Positions 13,847 through 26,400 of a stretch of 64,000 nt of DNA are shown here, piece after piece (within the stretch, counting starts at the first letter, position 1; every line of letters begins with the position of its first letter). The translations under genes and the position numbers were made by a program. Under the pieces are notes generated by a model, which made no database searches, was not told the DNA's origin, and was given only the letters and a program-made list of their open reading frames with translations. The DNA lies in NCBI RefSeq assembly GCF_964355755.1, contig NC_092675.1:24772912-24836911 (forward strand), given 5' to 3'. This DNA comes from Antedon mediterranea (taxonomy: Eukaryota > Animalia > Echinodermata).

Positions 13847-16594
13847 ATGATGATAAGGTCTTGTTCATCACATTTAATTCTACCAAGGTTCTTTTTGTTT
13901 AAAAACAATATTTCTAAATATGGAATAAAAGCTGCAAACATTTCTAGTCTTGTATCACAACATTCAATTGTATGCATCAGAAATGAATTTAAGCATACAA
14001 AACATTTATGCATATCAAATAGTTACATGGTTAAAAGGAGCAATTCATCAGAGGCTTCAAAAAGTGTATACGAACATATTTTATCTTCCAAACCAATTCA
14101 TTTTGCTCAGAGTGTGTTAGAGTATGGGCATACAATCACAGGGCTTCCATGGTGGGCCAGTATTGCTGTGACAACAGTTGCGTTAAGAGCGTTGCTCACA
14201 TTACCGCTTGCAATATATTCTCAAAAAATTCAAGTAAGGATAGAAAACTTGCATCCGGAGATTTTACACAATGCAAGGGTAATGTTCCAGCAGAGGTTTG
14301 CTTCACAAGCTACACAAGAAAAGTGGAATGAAGCAAAGATGAAGAAGGTCATAACTAAGATGGTAAGGTAATCAAATTAGATCACATTAATGTTGAGTTT
14401 ATACAAAGTAAAGCTTACATCTTATCTTGTACTGTGTATTCATTTAAAAGCAACATCAAAATATCGGATTGTCTAATACAATTTATTGTTTCTAAACATA
14501 TGCTGCATGACTAGAATAAGCATATTCGATACTATACTGTACATTGAAAAACCGGTTCCCGTCAGATCACCGAAGTTAAGCAACGTTGGGCCTGGTTAGA
14601 GCTTGGATGGGAGACTATCCCATTAGGCATTTGAAATCAGCACTGCTGACTCTTATGGCATTGGCATCCCCTGCATCTAGTATCTGCCTCAAATGTATTG
14701 GCTTATGCCTCTCCTCTGGTTAAGGTGGGCACTTGACGAGAGAAGCCCTTCGTCAATGTTGGGACCAACCAGAGGTGTTTTAAAACAGTCATGGCTTAGT
14801 CATCATTCAGATGAATGTAAGACTAACTGACATTGTCGATTACGACAGAAGTCGGCCATTATACTATACATTCAGTAATGTTCACATTAAGTTTCTATTG
14901 ATTATTTGGGGGATGGGAGGGGAAAGCTGTTTGAGAGATTTTACACTCACATGGACCAATCTTAATGCATTTGATGCCTGTTTATTACTGCAAAAGTTTC
15001 TTTCTTAAATCATTTGATGTTTATTAAATCTTCAGATGAAGAATTCAGCAAAGCAGATATATGTTAGAGATAACTGTCATCCAGCTAAGGCTAGCATTAT
15101 GATCTTAACTCAAATACCTCTGTGGATATCTGTCTCACTATCACTCAGAAACATGACAGGAGCTATTTCATCCAACTTTTATTTAGGTAAAGATAAAAAA
15201 AATGTGTTACAGTATTATTAAGAAAGGCATAGATTTAATATATAATACTGTACTTAAAATGGATGTTGTATGGTTGAACAATTTAAACAAATATATAATA
15301 GGCATGTACATACCATAAACAAGAAATAAGGGATACCCAGATCTTCTGAAACAAATACACTGTCTGTTCTATTTTTACATTTCAAGGGGTACACTAGGGG
15401 CTGATCCACCCGGCCTTTTATTACTGTATAACCTAATTGTTTAGCCCTTACCCTGCCTACAATATAATTAGAAAGAGATATTATATGTTTAAAAATTACT
15501 TTTGACACAATAAAGATGGTAGTGTACTAAGAATATTAATCATCTTCACTATTTCAGATCCAAACTGTGTTGTGCCTACATTATCTGATGGTGGTACATT
15601 GTGGTTTACAAATCTTGTGTTACCTGACCCATTATATATTTTACCTTTGGCTGTTGGACTGCTGAATTTAATCAACATTGAATTACAAACACTGAATGTT
15701 AGGGAAGGATCAAAGTTTCCAAAATTGGTTACAAATATGCTGCGAGGTCTTTCTATTATCATCATACCAATTGCAGCCTACATGCCTTCAGTAAGATTAC
15801 TTATGTCAATCAATCAACTAATAAATATTACATGCTTTGTAATCATACTATAACGTATAGTTCAAATCACATGCACAGATTTCAATATTCTCGTGACAAC
15901 TTTTAAATGTTTAAATACAAGTATGCATTCCATAGTATTAATATGCATCTGTCCATATTTGTGCTGGGTTTCCAATTATGGACGTTCCGTAGTACTGTAC
16001 TTGAGAATTCTAGCAATGTGCCCATACCCAACACATATTAGTTTATAAGTACTGTATAATAATGCTGTCTCAATTCCATACCGATTGACCATAAAAGCTC
16101 ATCTTGGAATACCTTGTCATATTTCTAGTATACAACACAGGCAAGAACTCGACTTTGTATATAGACCATTAGTCTGGGTTCCAGACTGAGTTTTGTCTTA
16201 ATATTAATAAAAGATAAATATTTTGTCATATATGGCGTTTCATACGTATACATGATCTTGGAGACAAAAATCAAAATAAATAAATAAAGACAATGAATCC
16301 CGCAATGAATACAGACTTAGGGCAAGTCTAATAGACCATTAATTTGTTGTTTGATCTTTTTCTTTCCAAATTCATTTTTCACAAATTATTTTGATTTATT
16401 TTCAGGCAATTACCCTTTACTGGATGACATCTGCCAGCTACAGTGTTGCTCAGAATTTATTTCTTAAGCTACCGAAAGTTCGTCTCGCCTTGAATCTTGT
16501 TCCTAAAAGCACTATGAATGATGGTCAAATAAAAAATATAAGAACACTTATTAAAGATAAGTATTCTAGCTCCAAGACTAATAAGGTGAAGTGA
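13847..16594 (+). CDS. COX18: Cytochrome c oxidase assembly protein COX18 (Oxa1/YidC family), 4 coding exons
   Basis: Exons 13847-14362, 15036-15186, 15558-15790, 16406-16594. Motifs HTITGLPWWASI, LTLPLAIY, IYVRDNCHPAKA, QIPLWISVSLSLRN, GGTLWFTNLVLPDPLYILP, LYWMTS; basic presequence-like N-terminus. Confidence 0.92.
14525..14870 (+). mobile_element. 5S rRNA-derived SINE (SINE3-type) in a COX18 intron
   Basis: 14540-14615 (accggttcccgtcagatcaccgaagttaagcaacgttgggcctggttagagcttggatgggagac) resembles invertebrate 5S rRNA, including boxes A and C, but lacks the 5S 3' end. It continues into about 250 bp of body ending ...gccattatactatac. Confidence 0.75.
16170..16330. mobile_element. 161-bp non-autonomous DNA element with 9-bp TSD
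   Basis: atagaccat|tagtctgggttccagactg...ggcaagtcta|atagaccat. Confidence 0.7.
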
Positions 16595-16675
16595 TCATGT
16601 AGATGCAAGTTTTCTAAAATTATGGAATGAATAAAACACATAAAGTACAGTACTTTTCAAATACAGTTTTATTGA

Positions 16676-16890
16676 ATAAATCATGTATGGTTCCACCAAA
16701 CTGTCCAGATAAAATCACGATTGTAAGCATTTGATAAATAGGCAAACTGCCTTAAAATGTCTTGACATGTTTTGAGAAATGCCTATAATACTAATAGGAC
16801 AGGTTGTATGTAAATGAGGAAGTAATTAGCATGTTGAAACACCAAGGAATGTAGACAACAAACAATCATATGGCTAGCGTGGTGCCTATT
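16676..16890. mobile_element. Partial copy of a MITE family also present at 53994-54342
   Basis: Shares cgattgtaa(g)gcatttgat(a/g)aataggca; its interior is the reverse complement of 54120-54330. Confidence 0.7.
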
Positions 16891-17424
16891 AAAGTAATAA
16901 TGTATACAACCAACATGATCTTTATGGAAAAAAATGCGTATCATTTTTTATTTAAAACATCCGGCTTTGTCCATACAGGAATAGTATTTTCAAGATGATC
17001 AGCAGTGCTTTTTTTTATTATTTTACAATCTGTTAAAGACATGTGTTGTGCTATATTAAAAGTTATATTTTAAAGCCCATCAATACACATCAAACATTCT
17101 GGAAATAAAATTCAATAAAATGTATTTTTTTTAAAAAGGATAATTAACTTGAACTCATTTTTCATTTGAATTTTTATCATCCTTCCTGGTGTTATTTAAA
17201 ATAATGAAAATATTAAAGGAATTTGTTATCACAGTTCACCTATGGCAATTATTATTTTGGATTTTAATAGTAAAAAACATTATTATTACAATGTTCCTTC
17301 AATGAATATAAATCTTCATTTTTCGTTTTCAGACAAAATTAATTATTGGGTGTTAGAATGAATTTTATAAATTCTGCTATTGCTCATACAGTATGATGAA
17401 CTAATTAATAACAGTTTCGAACTG

Positions 17425-20400
17425 TTAATCAGCCACACTTGTAAACTGTAGGTAATGACAATACACAAAAAACACCAAAAAATGAGCACACGAGTATGCT
17501 GATATAAGCAGTGGATAAATATCAGGATATCTTGCAGGCGGTGGTACAAGCAGATGGCTTATACACAGAATTGACATTCCAAGCATTGATAGCCAGAACT
17601 GTAAAAAAAGAATAATTATATAGATTTGTTAGAGGATGAAATGTCTGGGAATTCCTCCATGGGTAGACAAAACTCAACAAATGAAATATTCAAACATTTT
17701 ACGAAAGCATGTTTAAACTATAGAGGGTGCTACAACATTTTGAAAATATATCAATACTGTATTTAAAAAAAAATATTTGCCTCAATAATAGTATAATAAT
17801 AAAAAAAGATTTTTCAAGATTTATAACATTGGTTTTTAGTGGTTGCAAAAATGATCTTGGATAGCACCCCATTCCCAAAAATAAAACAAAAAAATACATC
17901 TAAGGTTCATAAAGAAAACCAAATTTTACGGCAAATGTTAAAAACTTACAATTATTTGTATATGTATTGTTTTCTTTAACTTCTGTGAATTGAGCAAGAC
18001 ATTTGAGGCCATTAAAAACAGAAGACATAATACTGTTGTGGAAAGGAACTGGCCATCTTTGATCAGTAGAGGAAACATACTGTACATGATATAGAAATAA
18101 AAATACATAATTTTATAAAAAATAATGAAATAAAGAAAAACCGATATTATTTTAGTAACATCATACAATGTCTAATCACGAATTACAGGAGAAAAACTAA
18201 AGCCATTCAGTCAACTACGACTTTGTAGCAGGACATTTAGCTTAATTTTGGAATTATTCAATCAATCATGTTATAAATCTGGTAGCTATAGCTAAGGAGG
18301 GTGTGCACTGAGCAGTATATATTGACTAGAAATTACAAATGTGAGTGGTGCGAGCAGATCTTTAGATATAGACCTACAAATGTCCTTGAATAAATATTTG
18401 AAGGTACAGATCTTAAGGGGATAGAGGGGAGAGATTTGCAATCTGTGCCCTACAAATAGCTGCCTGGGAAATTGATTTTTTAGTTCAAACATCACTAACG
18501 TGTATATTAAAAGTGGGATGTTTTGGCCTGAAAGTTGGACATCATTCAGCTGGAATGTTTCACATTGTGTAATGTAAAATTTGTTTCGGATGTTACCATT
18601 GTTATATGATGGCACCATATATTATGATGTCGCCCTCTATAGTATGTAGGATACCCATAAGGGAAGAGACCTCTAAAACATGGCTTCAGTATAGAAGACC
18701 TCACGAATGATTGTGATAACAATGATGTCGAATAACTAAAGAATAAAAGCATTGTGTTACTAGAAACGTCTCTCATGTATTTAAAGAATATTACATGGTG
18801 GCAACGGTAGGATTGAAATATATAATAAAGTCAATCGATAAGCTATACTAGGCTAGAAGAATAAATAGGCTAGCGTACACGCCGCCGCACGAATAGATTA
18901 GTAAAACGTGTTGTTGAGAGTACACACGTGCGGAGAGAACTGAATTTGATTTTGTATTCGGATAGCAGAAGGCAAAAAATAGCCCATACACATTTTGTTA
19001 CCACTGTATACAACAACTGACAATATTAAAAAATTAATGTTGATCATGGCGAACCTAAATCAGCCAGAACCATTAAATATATCGACAGGCAACATATCAG
19101 AGAATTGGAAGAGATTCAAACAGAGATTTGAACTATATAACATTGCCAGTGGAATGTCACGAAAACCAAGTGAAACGCAAACGTCATTACTACTCCATAC
19201 TATTGGGCAACAAGGCTTAGATGTATATAACGCATTTAAATTTGAAAATGAAGCTGAGAAGATGAGATTAAACACAATTATGCACAAATTTGAGGAATAT
19301 TGCAACCCCAAGAAAAACATTACATTTGAACGACACACTTTCTTTTCACGAAACCAGATACCAGGTGAGAAGATAGACCAATATGTGACCGACCTAAAGA
19401 ACAAGAGCAAGACATGTGAGTTTGGTGAAATTGAGAAATCCCTCATCAGGGATAGAATTGTTTGTGGACTATTGGACAATCAATTGCGTGAACGATTGCT
19501 TAGAGAAGATGATTTAAATTTAGATAAGTGCATGAAAATATGTAAGGCATCAGAAGCGTCGAGAAACTTAGGGAAAGAGCTCAAAGCTGATCACCAAGTA
19601 GCGGTAGATCAATTAGGTATGTCTAATAATTATAAACATGATAGAACCAAAAATAGAGATAAAAGTAAACCATGCTCAAGATGCACTAGATCACATGAAT
19701 ATGGTAAATGTCCAGCTTTTGGCATGTCCTGCAATAATTGTGGTAGGAAAAATCATTTTAGTAGAGCATGTAGGTCAAAACGTAATGACAAACAAAAGGG
19801 CAAATATATAAATGCACCTAACAGAAGTAAGAGAAACGTGCATGGTATAAACAAAAGCAATGATAGCGATTGCGACAGTGAAGATGAATCTAATATTACA
19901 TTTGAAGCAATTAAAATAAGCCAGATAAACGCTAAAGATGGTGACACAGAAGTGTTCACAAATGTCAAAATTGAAATAAACCGTAACAAACCAACTTTCC
20001 TGAAAGTAAAAGTAGATACAGGTGCAGAGGGTAATATATTACCACTGAGAATGTATAGAGCTATGTTTCCTAAAAACATGAGCAATAATGTACCTAATGA
20101 TAGATATGTTAACAAATCTAATGTAAAAGTCACAGCGTATAACGGAGCACAAATCAAACATTATGGTTACATACACATCCCATGTTACTTCAATAACTTA
20201 CACACAAATGCAAAGTTTTATATTGCAGAGGTACAGGGACCAGCTATAATGGGACTACCGACGCTAAAGACTCTGAAGATAATACAGATAAACTGTGCAG
20301 TCGAAGTAAATGACAAAATCAAGGATGTAGAGGACATAAAAAGACTCTATCCAGACAGATTTGAAGGCATTGGCAAGTTTGAGGGTACGTACAAAATAGT

Positions 20401-23400
20401 TATAGACGAAACGGTACCACCTGTCATACACGCACCAAGGTCATGTCCATTAGCGATAAAAAATGACATAAAGGCTGAGTTGGATGAAATGATGAGATTA
20501 AATGTCATACAGAAAGTAGAGAAACCAGTGGATTGGGTTTCAAGTTTGGCCTACTCACAGAAACCAAATGGGAGATGGCGGATATGTTTAGATCCTAAGG
20601 ACTTAAACAAAGCTATAAAACGCACATACCATCACACACCAACCCTAGATGAGATAACACATAAATTTAGTGGGGCAAAGTTTTTCTCTAAACTAGATGC
20701 ACGACATGGATATTGGTCCATAAGACTTGACAAAGAATCCAGTTATCTTACCACATTTAACACTCCAGGGTTTGGAAGATTCAGATTCCTAAGATTACCA
20801 TTTGGACTGAATGTCAGCCAAGACGTTTTTCAACATAAGATGGATCAAATATTGGAGAAATGCATCGGAGCCACAGGCATCGCAGATGACGTTGCTGTAT
20901 TTGGGAAAACAGAAGAAGAACATGATCGAAACTTAATGGACCTGATGGAAACCGCTAGAGAATATGGGCTTGTATTCAATGCAGAGAAATGTGAAATAAA
21001 GCGACCGCAAATAAATTTCTTTGGTATGATATATGATAAAGATGGAGTACATGCTGACCCAAAGCGCATTGAAGCCATCAGCAAAATAAAACCACCAACG
21101 AATGTTAAAGAGTTACAAAGTTTCCTAGGCATCGCCACGTATATGAGTCCCTTCTGTCCCAAGCTGTCAGACAAAACAGCACCCCTCCGAGAACTTCTGA
21201 AAAAAGATAATGTATTTGAATGGAATGGCTCACAACAAAAAGCATTCGAAGAGATAAAGTCAACAATATGTAACCAGACAACACTGACCTATTTCCAACC
21301 TAACAAAAAGTTGAAACTACAAGTGGATGCATCCCTGATTGGAGTGGGAGCAGCACTCATACAAGACGAAAAAGTTGTTGCGTTTACATCAAAGGCATTA
21401 ACAGAAGCGGAACAAAGATATGCGAACATTGAAAGAGAACTACTGGCGGTAGTGTACGCAGTAGAGAAGTTCCACACATATGTGTATGGAAACTCATTCA
21501 TTGTGGAATCAGACCACAAACCGTTAGAGATGATCCAACTAAAAAATCTAATGTGTGCACCACCAAGACTACAAAGACTACTAATGAGACTACAAGGATA
21601 TGATCTGACAATCAAGTATAAACCAGGCAAAGAAATGGTCCTGGCAGATGCCATGTCTAGATTAAACCCTATAAATGACAGCCAAATTGAAGAAGAAGTA
21701 AAGATACAACTGTCATATTTCTCAGAGTCCAAAGAAGAAGAAATAAGGCAGAAGACCAAGGAAGACCCAACTCTCATAAAATTGGAAAGTATAATACAGC
21801 AAGGCTGGCCAGACAAACTAAAATCTGTACATAAGACAATAAGACCATACTTCCCATACAGGGATGAACTCACAACAGAGAACGGAATAATACTAAAGGG
21901 TAACAGAGTAGTGATCCCAGAAGTCATGAGACAGGACATCCTAAAACAACTACACACATCCCACTTAGGCATAACCAAGTGTCAACTGATGGCTAAAACA
22001 TCAATCCATTGGCCCAGTATTAATGAGGAAATAGAAAACATGATAAAGGCATGCCCATCATGCCAACAACACAAACACAAACAACAACATGAACCAATGT
22101 TGAAGAGAAAAATCCCTACCAAAGAATGGGAAATACTCGCAGCTGACCTATTCTACATAAATAGAGTAGAATACCTCCTAATAGCAGATTATTACACCAA
22201 ATATCCAATCATAAGAAAACTACCGGCAGACCAATCAAACAGTGAAACAGTTATATCGATAATAAAAAATGTCTTCTCAGAGTTTGGGATGGTTCAAGAA
22301 TTGATTACCGACAACGGACCAACAGTGAACAATTCAAACAGTTTAGCAAAGATTGGAAATTCATACACACAACCACAAGTCCTCACCACCATGAAGGAAA
22401 TGGATTCATCGAACGAATGGTTCAAACAGTAAAGTCAACCATCATCAAAGCTCAGCACAACAACACAGATGTTGATAAAGCTTTACTATACATGCGAGCA
22501 ACTCCAGTCGACTCAAAACTTGCCTCACCCGGAATGATGATATTTCACAGAGGACTAAAAACAGAACTTCCAACAAACAATGAAAAAATGCCAACCAGAA
22601 AAGAAATAAGAAATCGACTAAAAAACCGACAAGACAAACAGAAACAATATCATGATGAAAATACAAAACCACTTCAACCAATAAAGAGAGGAGAAAGCGT
22701 GAGAATCAGACACTCTGACAAAAACCCACAGTGGTCCCCAGCGAAGATACTAAACAAAACAAGTCCACATTCGTACAGAGTACTGACAGAAAACCAGAAA
22801 ACACTAAGAAGAAACCGAACACACATCCGCAAAACAAACGAACACTTTACACACATAATACTAGAAACACCACTTACTCATTACAAGACTATAGAACACA
22901 AACCATCATCATGCTCTAGCAGTGGCAGAAAAATTAAGAAACCAAATAGATTAGATTTGTAAATAAAACTTATAATTGTTTTATTATGATTGTAATATGA
23001 TTGATAAATGAGACCCACAGTTTAATTATATTTGTACACCATTATGAGTAATTAAAGAAGAGGGATGTTTAATATGATGGCACCATATATTATGATGTCG
23101 CCCTCTATAGTATGTAGGATACCCATAAGGGAAGAGACCTCTAAAACATGGCTTCAGTATAGAAGACCTCACGAATGATTGTGATAACAATGATGTCGAA
23201 TAACTAAAGAATAAAAGCATTGTGTTACTAGAAACGTCTCTCATGTATTTAAAGAATATTACACCATTTTCTCAAATCAAATATCAGATTAATACTCTGA
23301 TAAAATGTTAACAAAAAATATTCATTACCTTAGTACTGATGTCAATAGAAACCAGGTACATTCAAAAGGTTTTTCTTGTAACAAAAGGCAGACCGGTCTA

Positions 23401-26400
23401 AACAAAAGCAGATATTAAAATATATCAATAGACAAATCCCGTGAGAGCCAGACATTTTGTGGGATAATTAACCTATTAATTTCTGGAACTTATTTGATGT
23501 CAAAAATGGTGATTATTATTATATTCTAATATGTATTTTATATTGTTTACAATTCAATCATTGGACAAGGTATTGAATTGAAATTTATATTTATACTGGG
23601 TAACCTCTTCAGTCAAAGACTGGTCTCCCAGAGGGCCCAGTTGGTGATCAGTGGCTGTGATGTACTAATACACCGGGGTAACCCCCTACTCGTCTCGAAA
23701 GATGTACTAGGTTCTTTAAAGTGCACACGAGCTAGATGTGTACACTGGACCTACGGTTTATAGTCCTTATCCGAGAAGACTCGTTCTACCACCAGAACCA
23801 TGGAGTGAGTGAGCCTCGAACCCCTGCCGATGTTATGGCTACGTAATTACGGTTCCACTGTCTTAACCGCTCGGTTAATCTTCAATTTTTTAAATAAAAT
23901 GTGCCGTATTCAGGCCAAAGACTATGTATTATTGCAATCATGGGATTTATACATGCCTCTCATGTATTAAGAATTATACTTACAGGGTAACCAACAAAAT
24001 TGATTTTTCATGTACTTGAAATGAAAACAGGAAAAATGCTAATGAAGAATTTATCTGAAATATAAGGTTAGATAACATGAAAACACATTTTTCGGTGGTT
24101 TAGAGGTATTTTCAAATGTACTTAGTATGAAGTACAAATTACGTCAGAGTAGGGCAAACATCTGACCAATTACTCAACTCCCTGACTCCACAGTAGTTTA
24201 ATACAATTACAACTCTGTTGGTGCAGTACCCGCTGCTTACTTAGGCTCGAATCTAACCACTAGCCATCAGCGCAAGCTCGGTAGTCTAGAGGTATGAACG
24301 CCAGTCTAGTGATCTGGAGGTCGTGGGTTTGAGTCCCACACGAGAATTACTTACAAATTTTTTCGCAAGTATTCTCAAATGTACTTAGTATGAAGTACAA
24401 ATTATGTCAGAGTACGGAAAACATCTGACCAATTAAAACACAGTTTCCTACACATTTTTGTATATATTTTTTTCTTGCTGATCATGTCATTTGATTGAAT
24501 TAAAACAATTATTATTTTTGTCAAAGACAGCATAAATGGTTATCCTAGAATTAAACTTCTCTAATTTCTGTTGTTTAATGTAAGAAAAATGTATTGTCGA
24601 TTGTTATTGTACTGTACTAGTATAAAAGGGCTTATGACTTACTAGTGCTAATCTAAAGCAGCGGATTGTTGGTTTAAAAAGTAGATGAATTGCTGATGGT
24701 AATAATGCTAACAAGGTTGAAGCCAAAGCTATCTTTATTACTACATCTTGTGAAAGCCTTTCTCTTGTTCTTATTATAGGTTCTATAGAGCACCAAACAT
24801 TTGCAACTTTATCCTACAAAACAAAATAATTGAAATCATTGCACAAAATTGGTTTGAAAAGATTAGTAACAGGACAGGTATATTATGCAATCTGGGACAT
24901 ATTTATACCACTTGCCAGATAGTGTGCGTTAAGGCATACATTGGTCAAGCAAAATGAAATTAGTTTGTGTTGTATGGAGGTTAATTTCAACTAAACCCCA
25001 CTCTACTGCTCACACCAATGGGACCTGACCCTGACGGAACAGAAAGGGTACATTTACAAAATACAGTGGTAAATGCGCCAAATGATACATTTCTTCAATA
25101 GTATGGAGGTGATTTGGTAGAACTAAGCTGCATATCACTATGGCAGGCCTGACTATGGTCATAGGTCACGTGGTTTGTACCTTAAGACTACATTTATGTA
25201 AAGAGTTTTATTAACAATTGTCAACATCTTAGCAAATAACTGAATCTTGCCTCATAAAGCCCTCTTGCAAATGGGAAGAGACGATGTAATACTTGCAGAA
25301 CAGATTCAACACTAGTCAAGAATGGCAGCCAACAAATAAGAAACGACACAACCACAACTAATCCAATTTTTATTAGTTTCCATATTCTGTAAGTAAACAC
25401 ATGTTATAGTGTTTTTGGAAGATGTGTTACTAATAATACAAGCGTATCTCATATACTGCATCTAGTTCCTTACCTATTCTCGTCAGACCCCCAGAAACAT
25501 CTTCCAAGTAGGTAACAGAAGAATGGCATAGCATGATATAACTCCATTTGTTTGTAATTCAGTGCTAAAACAAATAATATTGACCCCCAAAGATCATGGT
25601 TCGTTGACAGTGCAATGGTTGCCAGTAATGCAAATCCAAGACTTGCATTGTTATATCTGTATACAACTGTGTAAGGAAAATATTTTGGCATATTTTTCCT
25701 CAACCTCCAGCATAGTGGTTATTCAGTGTATTTTAAAATGGTACTACTGTACTTTGTAAACACAGACCTCCCACTCCCAATCACTACTTTTTCGACCACG
25801 AGAACAAAAATCTCCTTTGCTTTAGCTTTTCATGAGGTAGGCCTAGCCTAGTGCACATTGTTACCCTACTGTTTATATTAATTTGCAAATATTCGGCGAT
25901 GAACGAACTTGTTTATTTAAAAAAACGATGAACAGCATGCAACAATGCCGGCCCAAAGAATGCCTTGCATAAGGTTTTGTTATCGCAAATAGCGTGCGCG
26001 ATGCATGGTGGGAAGGGTTTGGGAGCAATAGCGCCTGCGAAACTCCTGCGAATTGACTTTTTGAACTTGGGACCCCTGTAAACATTTTAGTCCTGGTGAT
26101 GTTGCATGTTCAAAAAGTCAACCTGTAGTGCTAAGGCCAAAGTCTGGATATTCTCATTATTTATCCTTGTCATTTGGTTAATTTTGTAATCAAAACTGTG
26201 CTTAAATTTACTTTGGTTTGTTATTATTCATATTCCTTTGTTCTATATCTATTTATGTTATAAATTGCTCAAGCAGCTTAGTGAATTCAGTTGTCTAAAT
26301 AAGTCATTTCATTTCAAAAGGATACTGAAAATGTCCGTGATCAATAACAATGAGTCCTGGGTACAATAGTATGATCATTGCAACCCTCAACCAATCAAAA

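Noticed and set aside
14540-14615. Functional 5S rRNA gene
   Set aside because: Diverged 5' end, missing the last ~25 nt and the T-run terminator; it continues into a SINE-like body.
19060-21978. Minus-strand ORFs of 109-229 aa
   Set aside because: Antisense shadows of the A-rich gag-pol frame.
22300-22440. Programmed ribosomal frameshift in pol
   Set aside because: It falls inside the integrase core with residues missing and no slippery heptamer; a deletion explains it better.
24276-24344. Functional tRNA-Thr(AGT)
   Set aside because: Mismatched stems, TTTGA in place of TTCGA and an incomplete acceptor stem; tRNA-derived at best.
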